IMG/VR virus record: IMGVR_UViG_3300045241_000035
Location: 1 to 24,905 of that record
Origin: a virus
Lineage: Duplodnaviria; Caudoviricetes
Direction: 5' to 3' (one strand)
DNA length: 24,905 nt
The translations under genes were made by a program, and so were the position numbers. Under the pieces are notes generated by a model, which saw only the letters and a program-made list of their open reading frames with translations, was not told the DNA's origin and ran no database searches. The first letter of the stretch is position 1. Every line of letters begins with the position of its first letter. Of this stretch, positions 1-8,540 are shown one piece after another.

Positions 1-139
1 TGCACCCCGCCCTGATGTCGGCTCTGTACGGCCTCGCTAGGCACGAGGAGTGCACTCTGGAGCAATTAGTGGTCAAGCTGATCAATGACGGATTGACCGT
101 CCGGCTGAAGATTAGTGAAATTAGGGTTCTGGAACAGGT

Positions 140-433
140 TCAGCGCCGCGACACCAACCAAGTCATGGGCAGCACCACCAGCACCCCATAGACCCCCAAC
201 GTCGCCAGCCGGTACGGGTCGGGCTGCGCCAGGGCCATCCAGGCCAGGAAGCTCGCCCCGCAAACCGAAACCAGCAGAATGAGGCGGCAGGCCAGCACCA
301 CGGTCAGCACGTTCAGTGCCCCCATCACCCCCGCCTTCCAGGCCGCTCGGTGCAGGAACTCGGGTGGCGGACTAGGCGGAGTCGCGGTCGTCGCCGTCGT
401 CGAGTTCGAGGAGATCATCTCCGTCATCGTCAT
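140..433 (-). CDS. Small membrane protein, holin-like (start probably ATG 433; ORF track extends to 538)
   Basis: Two to three hydrophobic segments (VMGALNVLTVVLACRLILLVSVCGASFLAWMAL; LATLGVYGVLVVLPMTWLV) and a basic SRR C-terminus; at distal end of the late gene run; GAGG upstream of ATG 433. Confidence 0.5.
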   Translation of the reverse strand: MTMTEMISSNSTTATTATPPSPPPEFLHRAAWKAGVMGALNVLTVVLACRLILLVSVCGASFLAWMALAQPDPYRLATLGVYGVLVVLPMTWLVSRR

Positions 434-710
434 CGGCCTCTGCGGCGGCTCGGGCGATTGCCTTTCGCCGACGAGCGTCATGGGCCTGGAACGCGGACTC
501 GTATTTGCGGACGGAACTTCCTGCGACGGTTGGGTCATCCTTGTTGCCTTTCTGGCGCAGGGTCATGAAAATGGTCTGGATGCGGGCGATCGCCACCAGC
601 GCCTGAATGCGTTCCCGTAAGCTAACGGTGGAGCTGGTCTCCAGCTGTTCAAGCAGTTTGGATACCTGCTTGTACAGCCGAGCGTCGATGCTCTCGGGAT
701 CCAGGTTCAT
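372..710 (-). CDS. Hypothetical helical protein with acidic C-terminal tail (112 aa)
   Basis: ATG 3 nt after the upstream stop; amphipathic helical sequence; tail ADDDDGDDLLELDDGDDRDSA. Confidence 0.7.
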   Translation of the reverse strand: MNLDPESIDARLYKQVSKLLEQLETSSTVSLRERIQALVAIARIQTIFMTLRQKGNKDDPTVAGSSVRKYESAFQAHDARRRKAIARAAAEADDDDGDDLLELDDGDDRDSA

Positions 711-713
711 GGC

Positions 714-1730
714 TTAAAAATCCCTTCGCAACTCCGTCGAGACATCCTTGGCGACGTCCGATCCAATCTCGGCGCCGGTCTGGGTCACTTCTCCTGCGCC
801 CTGGCCACCGAAATAGCCCAGCAGCGACGGAGGTATGGCCGCAATCACCCTGCCGGTGGCGTCGATGATGGTAGCGCCGGCCCTGCGAAATGGAGCGGCT
901 GATGGGAAGTGATACCACGTCAGGGCAGGGAACACGCCGAAGGCGAGATGCGCCGGCACCCCCATCGAGGTTAGCATGTGGTAGGCGGGAGCGGCCAGCA
1001 GCGCATGAGGAAGCGCATGGGCACCGATCTTCTGGGCGCCTCGGGTCTGCATCGCTACGCCAAGACCTTTGGCCGCTGGTCCTAGAACGGCGCCTCCCAG
1101 AGCGGCGGTTCCGGGATTTTCCGGATCGCTGATGGCGCCGCCGATCGCGCCCTTGGCGGCGGTGTCGACCGTGCTGCCGACGCCCCGGGTGAAGGCCGCT
1201 GCGCGCGGGAACGGTTGTGCAAACCCGGCTCTGGTGTAGATCGCCGGGAAGGCTCTGGCTGCGACCTTGGATGCCCCGATGCCGGGCGTCAGCGCCGCCG
1301 ATCCCAGCAGCCCGGCGCCGTAGCCGATGCTTTCCGCCCGCGACCTGGACGGCGCGTCGACGTGCTCCTCCAGCGCGCTGATGGCGCGATCCATATCCGG
1401 GTAGCTTCCTCGGGTTTGCTTGGCCAGCTCGCCCAGCCTGGGCGAGATGGTCGCGGCCAGCCGACTCAAGCCGATCGGAATTGAGGCCAGCGCCTTGGAT
1501 GCGCCCACCGTGGCTCGGATCGTCCAGTCGTTGTCATACATCCGCTGGCGCCGTTGGTCCGGGCTGAGACGCGGTTCTGAAGGAGCGGCAGGGGTAGACG
1601 TGGCGGCGGGGGCGGCAGCTGTCTTGGCGGCCGGAGGCGGAGCGGCCGGAGGTGTAGTAGCGGGCTTGGTTTCCGGCAGCTTCACGCCGCGAGACTGGAG
1701 GAATTTATCTGGGTCGAAATCGTCAGCCAT
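714..1730 (-). CDS. Putative internal virion/ejection protein (338 aa, Ala/Gly-rich)
   Basis: MADDFDPDKFL N-terminus and GAIGGAIS/ALGGAVLG hydrophobic helices resemble podophage DNA-transfer proteins; TGATG coupling to upstream gene. Confidence 0.6.
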   Translation of the reverse strand: MADDFDPDKFLQSRGVKLPETKPATTPPAAPPPAAKTAAAPAATSTPAAPSEPRLSPDQRRQRMYDNDWTIRATVGASKALASIPIGLSRLAATISPRLGELAKQTRGSYPDMDRAISALEEHVDAPSRSRAESIGYGAGLLGSAALTPGIGASKVAARAFPAIYTRAGFAQPFPRAAAFTRGVGSTVDTAAKGAIGGAISDPENPGTAALGGAVLGPAAKGLGVAMQTRGAQKIGAHALPHALLAAPAYHMLTSMGVPAHLAFGVFPALTWYHFPSAAPFRRAGATIIDATGRVIAAIPPSLLGYFGGQGAGEVTQTGAEIGSDVAKDVSTELRRDF

Positions 1731-3943
1731 CAGGGAATCATCCTTAGCTGCTCGCGAATCGCCTGCGCCCTGGGATCGTTCTGGTTGTCCTTCAGCCAGT
1801 TTCTGGCGCTATCAACCTGCGCGCGCGTCAGTGGGGTCCAGTCCTGACCCTCCTTCAGCCAGGATGGCCGATCCTTGGGTCCTGGCTTTGGTTTACCGAC
1901 CGCTTTGAGCGAGTCCGGGGCATCCTTCGGCACCTGTCCGGTGTAGGGGTTCATGCGCATGATGGCGTCGAGCCTGTCCATGCTCTCCTTGGTGACGCCA
2001 GGGGCAAGGGCGTTAGGGTCGGAATTATTGGTATCCGTCCGCCAGCGATCGTTGAGATTGCGGATATAGGCGAGGGCGGTTTTGGCATCGGTCTGCATCT
2101 GGCTGCGGATTTGCGCCGGCGATGAGGTCGAGTACATGTGCTTGAGTAGGTCGTTGACCGATGTCACCGGAGGCTTGCCGCCCGACGCGATGCCGATGGC
2201 GTCGGTCGCGAACATCCGTAATCCGGCGTAGACCTTGGAATATTTTGGGTCGCCCGTGTAATACTCGTTCTTGAATTGCTCGATCACTTTTGAGGGTATC
2301 TTTTGAGCCTCATCGTGCTCCTTCAGTCCATCCATGACGGTCTCGATCGCCACCGGCAGCGTCGCGGTGCGGTCCACGACTTGGCCTTCCCGCGTGTTCG
2401 GATCGCGGTACTTCTGCGCGGTGTGGTAGTAGCCCTCGTTGTAGCCGCCGTTGGAGATCTGCTGGGCTAGCCTCGTCATGGGGCTGCGCATCTTGCCCAG
2501 GCTGACAGGGTTGGTGCGATATTCCATCAGGCCCTTGACGGCTTCGGCGGTGGGCGCATCGAACTCGTTCAGCATGTCCAGCTTTTGCTGCGGCGTCATG
2601 TTGCGGTCGGAGGCGATCCTGTCGCGGACGCTGTTGAGATCTCCGATCGCCGAGACCCACTGCGAATATTTGTTACCGTCCGGCGTGCGGAGCTGATCCT
2701 TGAGCTGCTTGTCGGTCATGCCGTTCGGGTTCTTGCCGTCGCGCAAGTAGTCGTGCGCTGCCTCCATGGCCTTCGGCGACAGATCGTAGTGCTTGGCGAT
2801 TTTTTCGTCGGCCGGGCTGCTGAATTCCCGCTTGGGTGCCGCAGCTGCTTCTTCGTCGTCGTCTCCGGCGCTTTTCGCGCCAGTCAATGGCCGCTCGCCT
2901 TCGCTAGTCCCGCCTCCGCTCCATTCCCTGCCGAGCTCGGACCCTTCATCTAGGCCGGCTGCCTCGCGCCGCTTGCGGTCGCTGTTGCGCAGTGTGGCGC
3001 CGAAGTTGCCCATGTCGCGGTACTTGGCGTCCTCCCACAGCAGGTGTTTACGGACCGCGTTCATGCCGCCGTTCTCTAGCATGCCGTCCATGTAATTGTG
3101 CTGGTACAGCTGGTTCAGTCCTCGGATCTCCGCTTCAGCCTGCTCCCGGGTGAAGGATTTGTCGCGCTTGAAGCGGTCGAATATCCGGTCGTAATCCATC
3201 AGCATCCGCTTGTGGGCCAGCTGACTGTCATCGACAGCGTCGAGCATCCGCTGCCGCTCCATCTCGTAATATTCCCGGTGCATCTTCATTCGCGCCATCT
3301 GGTTCTGCAGCGCGGCTCCCTGCGCCTTGCCGAACGCCGGCGAGAAGCTGCCGCCGCCGACCAGATCCATGAACGGGGTGATGATGCCGGCGATCCGGGA
3401 GGCGATAGCGGCGGGTCCGGAGACCGAGGGTGCGCTGTAGTCGCTGATGGCTTTGCCGGACCCTTGAATTCCGGGGTAGGCCTCGCGCGGCGTCGGCATG
3501 TGGCTGGTTTTGACGATGTCGGGATTGTTCTTGAGCGCTTTACGCTCCCATAGATCGTCATCGCCCCAGCCGCTGTCGCGGGTCCGGCTCGGGGTGTAGG
3601 CCTGAACCTCCTCCGACTGCACCGGCAGCGTCCAGCTCACCGGGGGTACTGGGGCAGTTGGGAATGCAGGTTGAGCGGGAGCGGGTGGCTGCGGCTGCGG
3701 CTGCGGCTGTTGCCGCAGTCTTTCCTGCGCCAACGTGTCGAGGGCGCCTGGGGGTCCAAATGTGTGTTTCGCAGTGGCGTTGCCGAGCAATGCGGGCAAT
3801 CGGGTCAAAAAGTCGCCGAAGGTGGATGGCGGTTGCGCCGGTTGTGGCTGTTGTCCTTGCGGTGGCGCCGAAGGCCCGGGCAGCCAGTTACCGAAGGTGG
3901 ACGGCGGCTGCGGTGCCTGGGGATCAGTGTCGGTGTCGCTCAT
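1730..3943 (-). CDS. Putative large internal virion/ejection protein (737 aa)
   Basis: Long ORF, Pro/Gln-rich N-terminus then helical body; ATGA overlap with upstream gene; position in ejection cluster. Confidence 0.65.
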   Translation of the reverse strand: MSDTDTDPQAPQPPSTFGNWLPGPSAPPQGQQPQPAQPPSTFGDFLTRLPALLGNATAKHTFGPPGALDTLAQERLRQQPQPQPQPPAPAQPAFPTAPVPPVSWTLPVQSEEVQAYTPSRTRDSGWGDDDLWERKALKNNPDIVKTSHMPTPREAYPGIQGSGKAISDYSAPSVSGPAAIASRIAGIITPFMDLVGGGSFSPAFGKAQGAALQNQMARMKMHREYYEMERQRMLDAVDDSQLAHKRMLMDYDRIFDRFKRDKSFTREQAEAEIRGLNQLYQHNYMDGMLENGGMNAVRKHLLWEDAKYRDMGNFGATLRNSDRKRREAAGLDEGSELGREWSGGGTSEGERPLTGAKSAGDDDEEAAAAPKREFSSPADEKIAKHYDLSPKAMEAAHDYLRDGKNPNGMTDKQLKDQLRTPDGNKYSQWVSAIGDLNSVRDRIASDRNMTPQQKLDMLNEFDAPTAEAVKGLMEYRTNPVSLGKMRSPMTRLAQQISNGGYNEGYYHTAQKYRDPNTREGQVVDRTATLPVAIETVMDGLKEHDEAQKIPSKVIEQFKNEYYTGDPKYSKVYAGLRMFATDAIGIASGGKPPVTSVNDLLKHMYSTSSPAQIRSQMQTDAKTALAYIRNLNDRWRTDTNNSDPNALAPGVTKESMDRLDAIMRMNPYTGQVPKDAPDSLKAVGKPKPGPKDRPSWLKEGQDWTPLTRAQVDSARNWLKDNQNDPRAQAIREQLRMIP

Positions 3944-5541
3944 GCCGCACCTTGTTGGTCAAGCCAGTCGAGCAGCGCATTACGACCGGGCCGTGTCTGG
4001 AACCTTCGCCCTTGTGCAACCTGAGCCGAATTTTCGCCGGTTTTGTCAACCGGGGCCATGCTCTGGTCCTTGTTGTATTCCCGGTTGAAGCGGTCGCGCC
4101 ACATCTGCCTGAACTGCTCAACCGTGCGTTCCTCGACCGGTACGCGTTTCAGCGGATGGTCGGCGAGGGTGTTGTCCTCGATCGCCCGCTTGGCTTTGGC
4201 GCTGCTGTAGAACTGGGTCAACACCCGCCACGCTGGGGCGCCGGGATGCGCTCGCAACAGCGCCGGACCACCGCCGATGCCCTGCTGATGCATGAAGTAG
4301 GATTCCCACGGCTGCGGTTCGCGGCCCAGCGCTTGGCGCAGAATCGGAAGGTGGTGCTGGTATTCGCGATGCAGGGCTCTGGCCTGAGCCTCGGGCAAGT
4401 GGCGGTTGCTGTCGTTGATGCCGTACATGCGCTCTTCTGCGGGGCCGAACTGGCCGAGACCACGGTTGTTGCCGGTCTGAGCCCCAGGGTTGTTGTTGCT
4501 TTCGATCTGCCAAGTGGCGCTGGTGTAGTTTTGCGGGTTGAAGGCGGCCGTGGCGGCGGGGGTGCCGGTGGGACCGGCCACCGGCAGCCAGGATGGCGGC
4601 GGTCCACGGCCTGTCCACTGCAGCGCCGGCGTGGCCCCGGCGGCTGGGGGATTAGGCGGGGCCGCGCCGGACGCCGCTCCAGGTACCGCCGCTGTTGCCT
4701 GCGGCAGTACGGAGGGCTGGGGTTGTCTGGCCTGATTCGAGATCCTTTGCAGGTTGGGGGAGATCGAGCTGCCTGACAGAAATTGGCCCCCGCTGCTCGA
4801 CAGCAACCGGCTCAGCCATTGCAGTAACGAGATGGTCGGCGATGGGAAACTGCCAGCGGCTTGCGGAGCGGCGGCCGGGGTGGCCTGTGCGGCGACGGTT
4901 CGGGCGGCTGCGTCCACCGGATCGGGGCCACCGCCCCCTGCCGCCACAGCCGCCGCTGGGACCGAGCCATCCTGAGGGGCGTCATCGGGGCGTCGGCGCG
5001 GCAGCGGAACGGGCTGAGCGGCAGGGGTTTCGGGAAGTTGCGGCAATTGCGGTTGTGGCGGCCCGCCGGACTGGTCCCGGGCCATCGCATTGGCGACCTG
5101 GGGCGGAATCTGCGGCGCCTGTTGCTGCTGCGGCTGGATCCATCCCGGTCCTTGCGGCTGTTGGTTGCCGCGCAGCAATTTGGCGACCTGCTGCAGTCCG
5201 GTGGACGCCTCCACCAGCGGCTGTCTTTGCTGCTGCTGCTGGGATGTGGCTGCAGTATCGGTTGCTGTGGTTTGCGGCTCCCGGGTGTATTGCGCGGGCT
5301 CTCCGATGCCGGTGGCGGGGGTGAAACCTTGCTGGCCCGACTGTCCCGACAGCAGCTGTGAACCGAACACCGGGTCGAAGAACGGGTCGCCAACCACGCC
5401 GGAGGGCGATTGATCGAAAACCGAGCTTCCCTGACTGCCAAAACTGCCGAAATCGTTGGCGCCCACGGTAGCAACGGGGCCGCTATTGAATTGACCGCCG
5501 CCGGAGTTGTTGCTGTTGCTGCCGCCGAATAACCCTCCCAT
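3940..5541 (-). CDS. Internal virion protein with C-terminal lytic transglycosylase (lysozyme-like) domain (533 aa)
   Basis: SLT-type motifs WQIESNNNPGA (catalytic ES), RGLGQF and YFMHQQGIGG; low-complexity Gln/Pro/Ala N-terminal region; MGGLFGG start. Confidence 0.75.
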   Translation of the reverse strand: MGGLFGGSNSNNSGGGQFNSGPVATVGANDFGSFGSQGSSVFDQSPSGVVGDPFFDPVFGSQLLSGQSGQQGFTPATGIGEPAQYTREPQTTATDTAATSQQQQQRQPLVEASTGLQQVAKLLRGNQQPQGPGWIQPQQQQAPQIPPQVANAMARDQSGGPPQPQLPQLPETPAAQPVPLPRRRPDDAPQDGSVPAAAVAAGGGGPDPVDAAARTVAAQATPAAAPQAAGSFPSPTISLLQWLSRLLSSSGGQFLSGSSISPNLQRISNQARQPQPSVLPQATAAVPGAASGAAPPNPPAAGATPALQWTGRGPPPSWLPVAGPTGTPAATAAFNPQNYTSATWQIESNNNPGAQTGNNRGLGQFGPAEERMYGINDSNRHLPEAQARALHREYQHHLPILRQALGREPQPWESYFMHQQGIGGGPALLRAHPGAPAWRVLTQFYSSAKAKRAIEDNTLADHPLKRVPVEERTVEQFRQMWRDRFNREYNKDQSMAPVDKTGENSAQVAQGRRFQTRPGRNALLDWLDQQGAA

Positions 5542-5553
5542 CGCGACACCTGC

Positions 5554-5862
5554 TTATTTGGAGAACGCGTGCAGGATCGTGCCGGCTTGGCTGGCCAGAT
5601 TCTGCTGGCCCATCGGCTGCAGCGCGCTGTTCTGCAATTCGCCGACGGTCGAGGCAATCTGAGCCGGCAGACCGCCCGAGATGCTGGGCAATTGGCCGAG
5701 ATCCATCGCTTCAGGCGTTGAGTTGCCCATGCCGAGCTGGTTGTAGCGGTTTTGCATGGCCTGGATGGCTTGTCCGCCGCCCAGGCCGACCGCGTTGAAC
5801 GCGAACGGGTCGACGAAGCCCGGCGCGCCGGATTCACCAAAATTACCGAAGGTGCCTGACAT
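5554..5862 (-). CDS. Small putative ejection/pilot protein (102 aa)
   Basis: Gly/Gln/Ala-rich, coupled in cluster upstream of the SLT protein. Confidence 0.55.
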   Translation of the reverse strand: MSGTFGNFGESGAPGFVDPFAFNAVGLGGGQAIQAMQNRYNQLGMGNSTPEAMDLGQLPSISGGLPAQIASTVGELQNSALQPMGQQNLASQAGTILHAFSK

Positions 5863-5865
5863 CGG

Positions 5866-6177
5866 TCACCCGCCTTTCCCGGCGATCGAGCCCAGCGCGC
5901 CCCCGACTCCGCTGGTGAGATTGGCGGTTTGCTGGTTGAGGAATTTGGCCTGGGCCGCCGCATCGGCGATCGACATCTGCCCGGCCTCTTTGGCGGCGCC
6001 CAAGGCGGAGCCGCCGACCGCCTGGGTCAGGTTGGTGGAATGCGGCATCTGGGCGAACTGGTAATCGTCTTTGATGACGCCCTGGCCGAAGTGATATTGC
6101 GCCAAGGCCTGTTGCTCCGGGGTGATGCCGCCTCCTGAGGTCAGTTTTTGTCCGATGCCGCCGCTGCCGACACCCAT
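5866..6177 (-). CDS. Small putative ejection/pilot protein (103 aa)
   Basis: MGVGSGG start, Gly/Ala-rich, ends GGALGSIAGKGG; follows GNAT-like gene as is common in podophages. Confidence 0.55.
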   Translation of the reverse strand: MGVGSGGIGQKLTSGGGITPEQQALAQYHFGQGVIKDDYQFAQMPHSTNLTQAVGGSALGAAKEAGQMSIADAAAQAKFLNQQTANLTSGVGGALGSIAGKGG

Positions 6178-6178
6178 G

Positions 6179-6637
6179 TCACAGCTCCAGGGTGAAGCGC
6201 GGACTGATCTCGGTGGCCCCTAACCGCCGCGCCATCGCGTGGACGTCGAACTGGGTGTTGGATGATAGCCGCCAGCGCGCGCATTTGCGGCCCTTGGCCC
6301 AGGCCACCGAGTCGCGCATCAGCTTCATCGCTTCCCACAGCGCACCCTCTTCGGCGCAGACGAAGATGACGTTGCATTCGAATTCGGACGGCGTCCACGG
6401 CAGCGTCGAAAGCATCGAGATCGCGAACGCGTTCTCGGTGCGGGCGGAGCGAAACATCATTGGCGACTTCAACACGATGTTGCGGTACCAGCCTTCCACC
6501 GTGGAATAGTCGAAGCCTGCGGTCCCGTAGCGTTTTTTTCCCAAATAAATTAACCACTGTAAATCATTTTCGGTTGTCAGACGTACCGGGTCGTCTACCA
6601 GAACGGCGGCAGCGTCCAGCGCGCGGGGTCGATCCAC
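6179..6637 (-). CDS. GNAT-like (acetyltransferase-fold) phage protein; start uncertain (GTG 6637 chosen, ORF track extends to 6769)
   Basis: VRLTTENDLQWL N-terminal pattern, KLMRDSVAWAKGRKCARWRL and MARRLGA C-terminal pattern match the GNAT layout; position just before ejection genes. Confidence 0.55.
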   Translation of the reverse strand: MDRPRALDAAAVLVDDPVRLTTENDLQWLIYLGKKRYGTAGFDYSTVEGWYRNIVLKSPMMFRSARTENAFAISMLSTLPWTPSEFECNVIFVCAEEGALWEAMKLMRDSVAWAKGRKCARWRLSSNTQFDVHAMARRLGATEISPRFTLEL

Positions 6638-7095
6638 GGCGGCGGCTGCACGATCGGGATTATCTGGCCGCCACCCAGATCGATCAGGACCGTCTGCGCC
6701 TCCGAGATCGCCGGCAGCACCGTTGCGTTGGCTAGATAATGTTCCTGGTGATTGGCGAAGGTCCACCATGCCAAGCTCCCTCGGTCGGTCAGATCGCTAT
6801 CTACCAAAATTTGATCTGAGGGGATACCGGGGGCTTGCATGCCCCAATCCACCGGCAAGCTATGGGTGAAATCGTTGTGCGCATGCTGGTGGTTGAGGTG
6901 CCAGGGGCCGGCGCGGATCGCGGTCTCGGCGCGCGACGGCGCCGGGTCGATGAAGTACGGCATCACCGACCACTGATGCAGCGGGTTCATGAACTGATAG
7001 TAGTTGCGGTGAGTCATGGCGTGATCGAACGCAAACGCCGCCTGCGCGCGATCATCGTCGGCGGCGGGAAAAACCAGTAGCGTGGCGGTGGTCAT
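6595..7095 (-). CDS. Hypothetical protein with three His clusters (166 aa)
   Basis: GGGAG RBS before ATG; motifs DHAMTH, NHQHAH, NHQEH. Confidence 0.7.
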   Translation of the reverse strand: MTTATLLVFPAADDDRAQAAFAFDHAMTHRNYYQFMNPLHQWSVMPYFIDPAPSRAETAIRAGPWHLNHQHAHNDFTHSLPVDWGMQAPGIPSDQILVDSDLTDRGSLAWWTFANHQEHYLANATVLPAISEAQTVLIDLGGGQIIPIVQPPPWIDPARWTLPPFW

Positions 7096-7228
7096 GGCGC
7101 TCCCAACGGTACGCTGCCCACAATTGATGGCACGCCATATTGCGGCTATCGACCGTGATCCAACTGACTAACGTTCGCCAGTTATATGGCTTCACATTGA
7201 AAAGCCACTTATAGACCAACCGTTTCAT
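7052..7228 (-). CDS. Small hypothetical protein (58 aa, MKRLVYKWLFNVKPYNWRTLVSW...GFSRRRR), not in ORF track
   Basis: Manually translated; ATGA overlap with stop of 7225-7530; fills an AT-richer gap. Confidence 0.35.
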   Translation of the reverse strand: MKRLVYKWLFNVKPYNWRTLVSWITVDSRNMACHQLWAAYRWERHDHRHATGFSRRRR

Positions 7229-7530
7229 TCGCTTTTTGTAAATAGTCTGCGGCTTCTCGCCTCGCGCGACAGCAGCGTCGATGAAGGGAAATCCGGCGCG
7301 CGGGTGTTGTGACTGCCGATCGGATCGAATTTGCGCGGCGTGATGCGGTCCATTTCGAAATCCGAACTACCGTTTCGAATGGCGCCGCTTGGCCCGACGC
7401 GCGGTTCGGTGCCGAGCCGTAAGGGCCCGGCGAGTGAGCGATCGGATCTCAAGATCCCGTCCGCTGTCTGAAAATATCCGACCGGATTGCGTTTGACCGG
7501 TGCCCATTCACGCTGATTCTCTCGCGACAT
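7225..7530 (-). CDS. Hypothetical basic protein (101 aa)
   Basis: GGAG RBS upstream of ATG; in operon orientation. Confidence 0.65.
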   Translation of the reverse strand: MSRENQREWAPVKRNPVGYFQTADGILRSDRSLAGPLRLGTEPRVGPSGAIRNGSSDFEMDRITPRKFDPIGSHNTRAPDFPSSTLLSREARSRRLFTKSE

Positions 7531-7921
7531 CTGATGCTCCTCTGGTCCGCCGCAGCGGCACGCCGATGGTTTTGAGCGCGTACAGCACTTCGTCCAGCGA
7601 CGCGCAGACGAATACCTCGGTGCCAGCGGCGCGCAGTTTGTCGTGCATCTCCAACTGCGCCCGCGACAGCGTGCCCTTGTAGGATTTCAGCTCGATGCCG
7701 AAGCAGCGGCCTTGGTGAAACAGCAGGATGTCCGGCATGCCCTGCTTGAGGCCACAGCCCTTGAGCCGGCCGGCGGTGGACCGCGTCAGCACGCCCCAGC
7801 CGGCCGGGAAGGTGGTGTACAGCGCCGGCGGCAGCAGCGCCCAATCGAGAAACTGCGCCACCGTGGCGTGCAGCTGGTTCTCGGTCGGCTCCGGCGGTGT
7901 CAATCCGAAATTGCGGCTCAT
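7508..7921 (-). CDS. VRR-NUC domain nuclease (PD-(D/E)XK)
   Basis: TENQLH...GLKQGMPDILL...GIELKSYKGTLSRAQ...LRAAG matches the VRR-NUC motif series. Confidence 0.88.
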   Translation of the reverse strand: MSRNFGLTPPEPTENQLHATVAQFLDWALLPPALYTTFPAGWGVLTRSTAGRLKGCGLKQGMPDILLFHQGRCFGIELKSYKGTLSRAQLEMHDKLRAAGTEVFVCASLDEVLYALKTIGVPLRRTRGASDVARESA

Positions 7922-8016
7922 CGGCGGCTGCTCCTGACTGGTCCGGTGCGGCCGCCGGGCCTGGGCGACTTGCGCCCAGGTATTCCTTTAACGGCGGATT
8001 TTCGTATACGTGCCAT
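7918..8016 (-). CDS. Arg/Lys-rich microprotein 6 (32 aa, MARIRKSAVKGIPGRKSPRPGGRTGPVRSSRR)
   Basis: Manually translated; TGATG coupling upstream and ATGA coupling to VRR-NUC. Confidence 0.7.
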   Translation of the reverse strand: MARIRKSAVKGIPGRKSPRPGGRTGPVRSSRR

Positions 8017-8114
8017 CAGTATCGCCCGTGCTTGCGTCGTCCGCGCCCTTTCCTGCGCCCACGGTGGGGCGAGGTGAAGAACGCGCCGAGTTTGCGTCGG
8101 CCTCTACGTGCCAT
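8016..8114 (-). CDS. Arg-rich microprotein 5 (32 aa, MARRGRRKLGAFFTSPHRGRRKGRGRRKHGRY)
   Basis: Manually translated; GGAGG RBS; TGATG overlaps on both sides. Confidence 0.75.
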   Translation of the reverse strand: MARRGRRKLGAFFTSPHRGRRKGRGRRKHGRY

Positions 8115-8293
8115 CAGTACCTCCCGCGTCGTCGCGAGCTTCTAGGCCGTTGCCTGCCGCCAACTGGACTGCAGGCTCGGGTCTCCTTGGCCCGGGTTCT
8201 TGGGACAGGTACTTCGGTCCGAGGTTTTCTGGTGCGGATTTTACCAGCAGGATCGACGCGGGAGCGCGGGCCAAGGTCGACACCTTTTGCCAT
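8114..8293 (-). CDS. Arg-rich microprotein 4 (59 aa, MAKGVDLGPRSRVDP...RPRSSRRRGRY)
   Basis: GGAGG RBS; TGATG overlaps on both sides. Confidence 0.72.
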   Translation of the reverse strand: MAKGVDLGPRSRVDPAGKIRTRKPRTEVPVPRTRAKETRACSPVGGRQRPRSSRRRGRY

Positions 8294-8454
8294 CACAACC
8301 TCCGCATTTTGCGGGCTCCGAATCGCGGGCCCTTACGATAAGAATTAGGCCGGGGGTGCCAGTTCGGCAGCCTCCAGCCGTTGGGTCTCAGCTCCTTGGG
8401 CTGCAACGACCTGCGAAGATTTCGTGTGACGTTGAGCCCATGGCGGAGCGGCAT
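8293..8454 (-). CDS. Arg-rich microprotein 3 (53 aa, MPLRHGLNVTRNLRRSLQPKELRPNGWRLPNWHPRPNSYRKGPRFGARKMRRL)
   Basis: Manually translated; ATG 9 nt after upstream stop; TGA overlaps next ATG. Confidence 0.65.
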   Translation of the reverse strand: MPLRHGLNVTRNLRRSLQPKELRPNGWRLPNWHPRPNSYRKGPRFGARKMRRL

Positions 8455-8463
8455 GTGAAACGC

Positions 8464-8538
8464 CTATTTGCGTTTACGTGCCCTGATCCGTCTGGCGCGC
8501 CGGGTCTGCTTGAGCCGGTGAGTTCTGCGTCGCGCCAT
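8464..8538 (-). CDS. Arg-rich microprotein 2 (24 aa, MARRRTHRLKQTRRARRIRARKRK)
   Basis: Manually translated; GGAGG RBS 8 nt upstream; ATG 2 nt after previous stop. Confidence 0.75.
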   Translation of the reverse strand: MARRRTHRLKQTRRARRIRARKRK

Positions 8539-8540
8539 GG

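Noticed and set aside
1-263. ORF 66-263 and 10-bp palindrome gagtgcactc (48-57) as a gene or terminator
   Set aside because: ORF mostly overlaps the holin-like gene with no RBS support; no stem-loop followed by a U-tract
3658-5963. Long alternative-frame ORFs (3658-4776 +, 4812-5963 -, 4695-5324 +)
   Set aside because: Shadow ORFs of the GC-rich SLT ejection gene; no motifs or RBS
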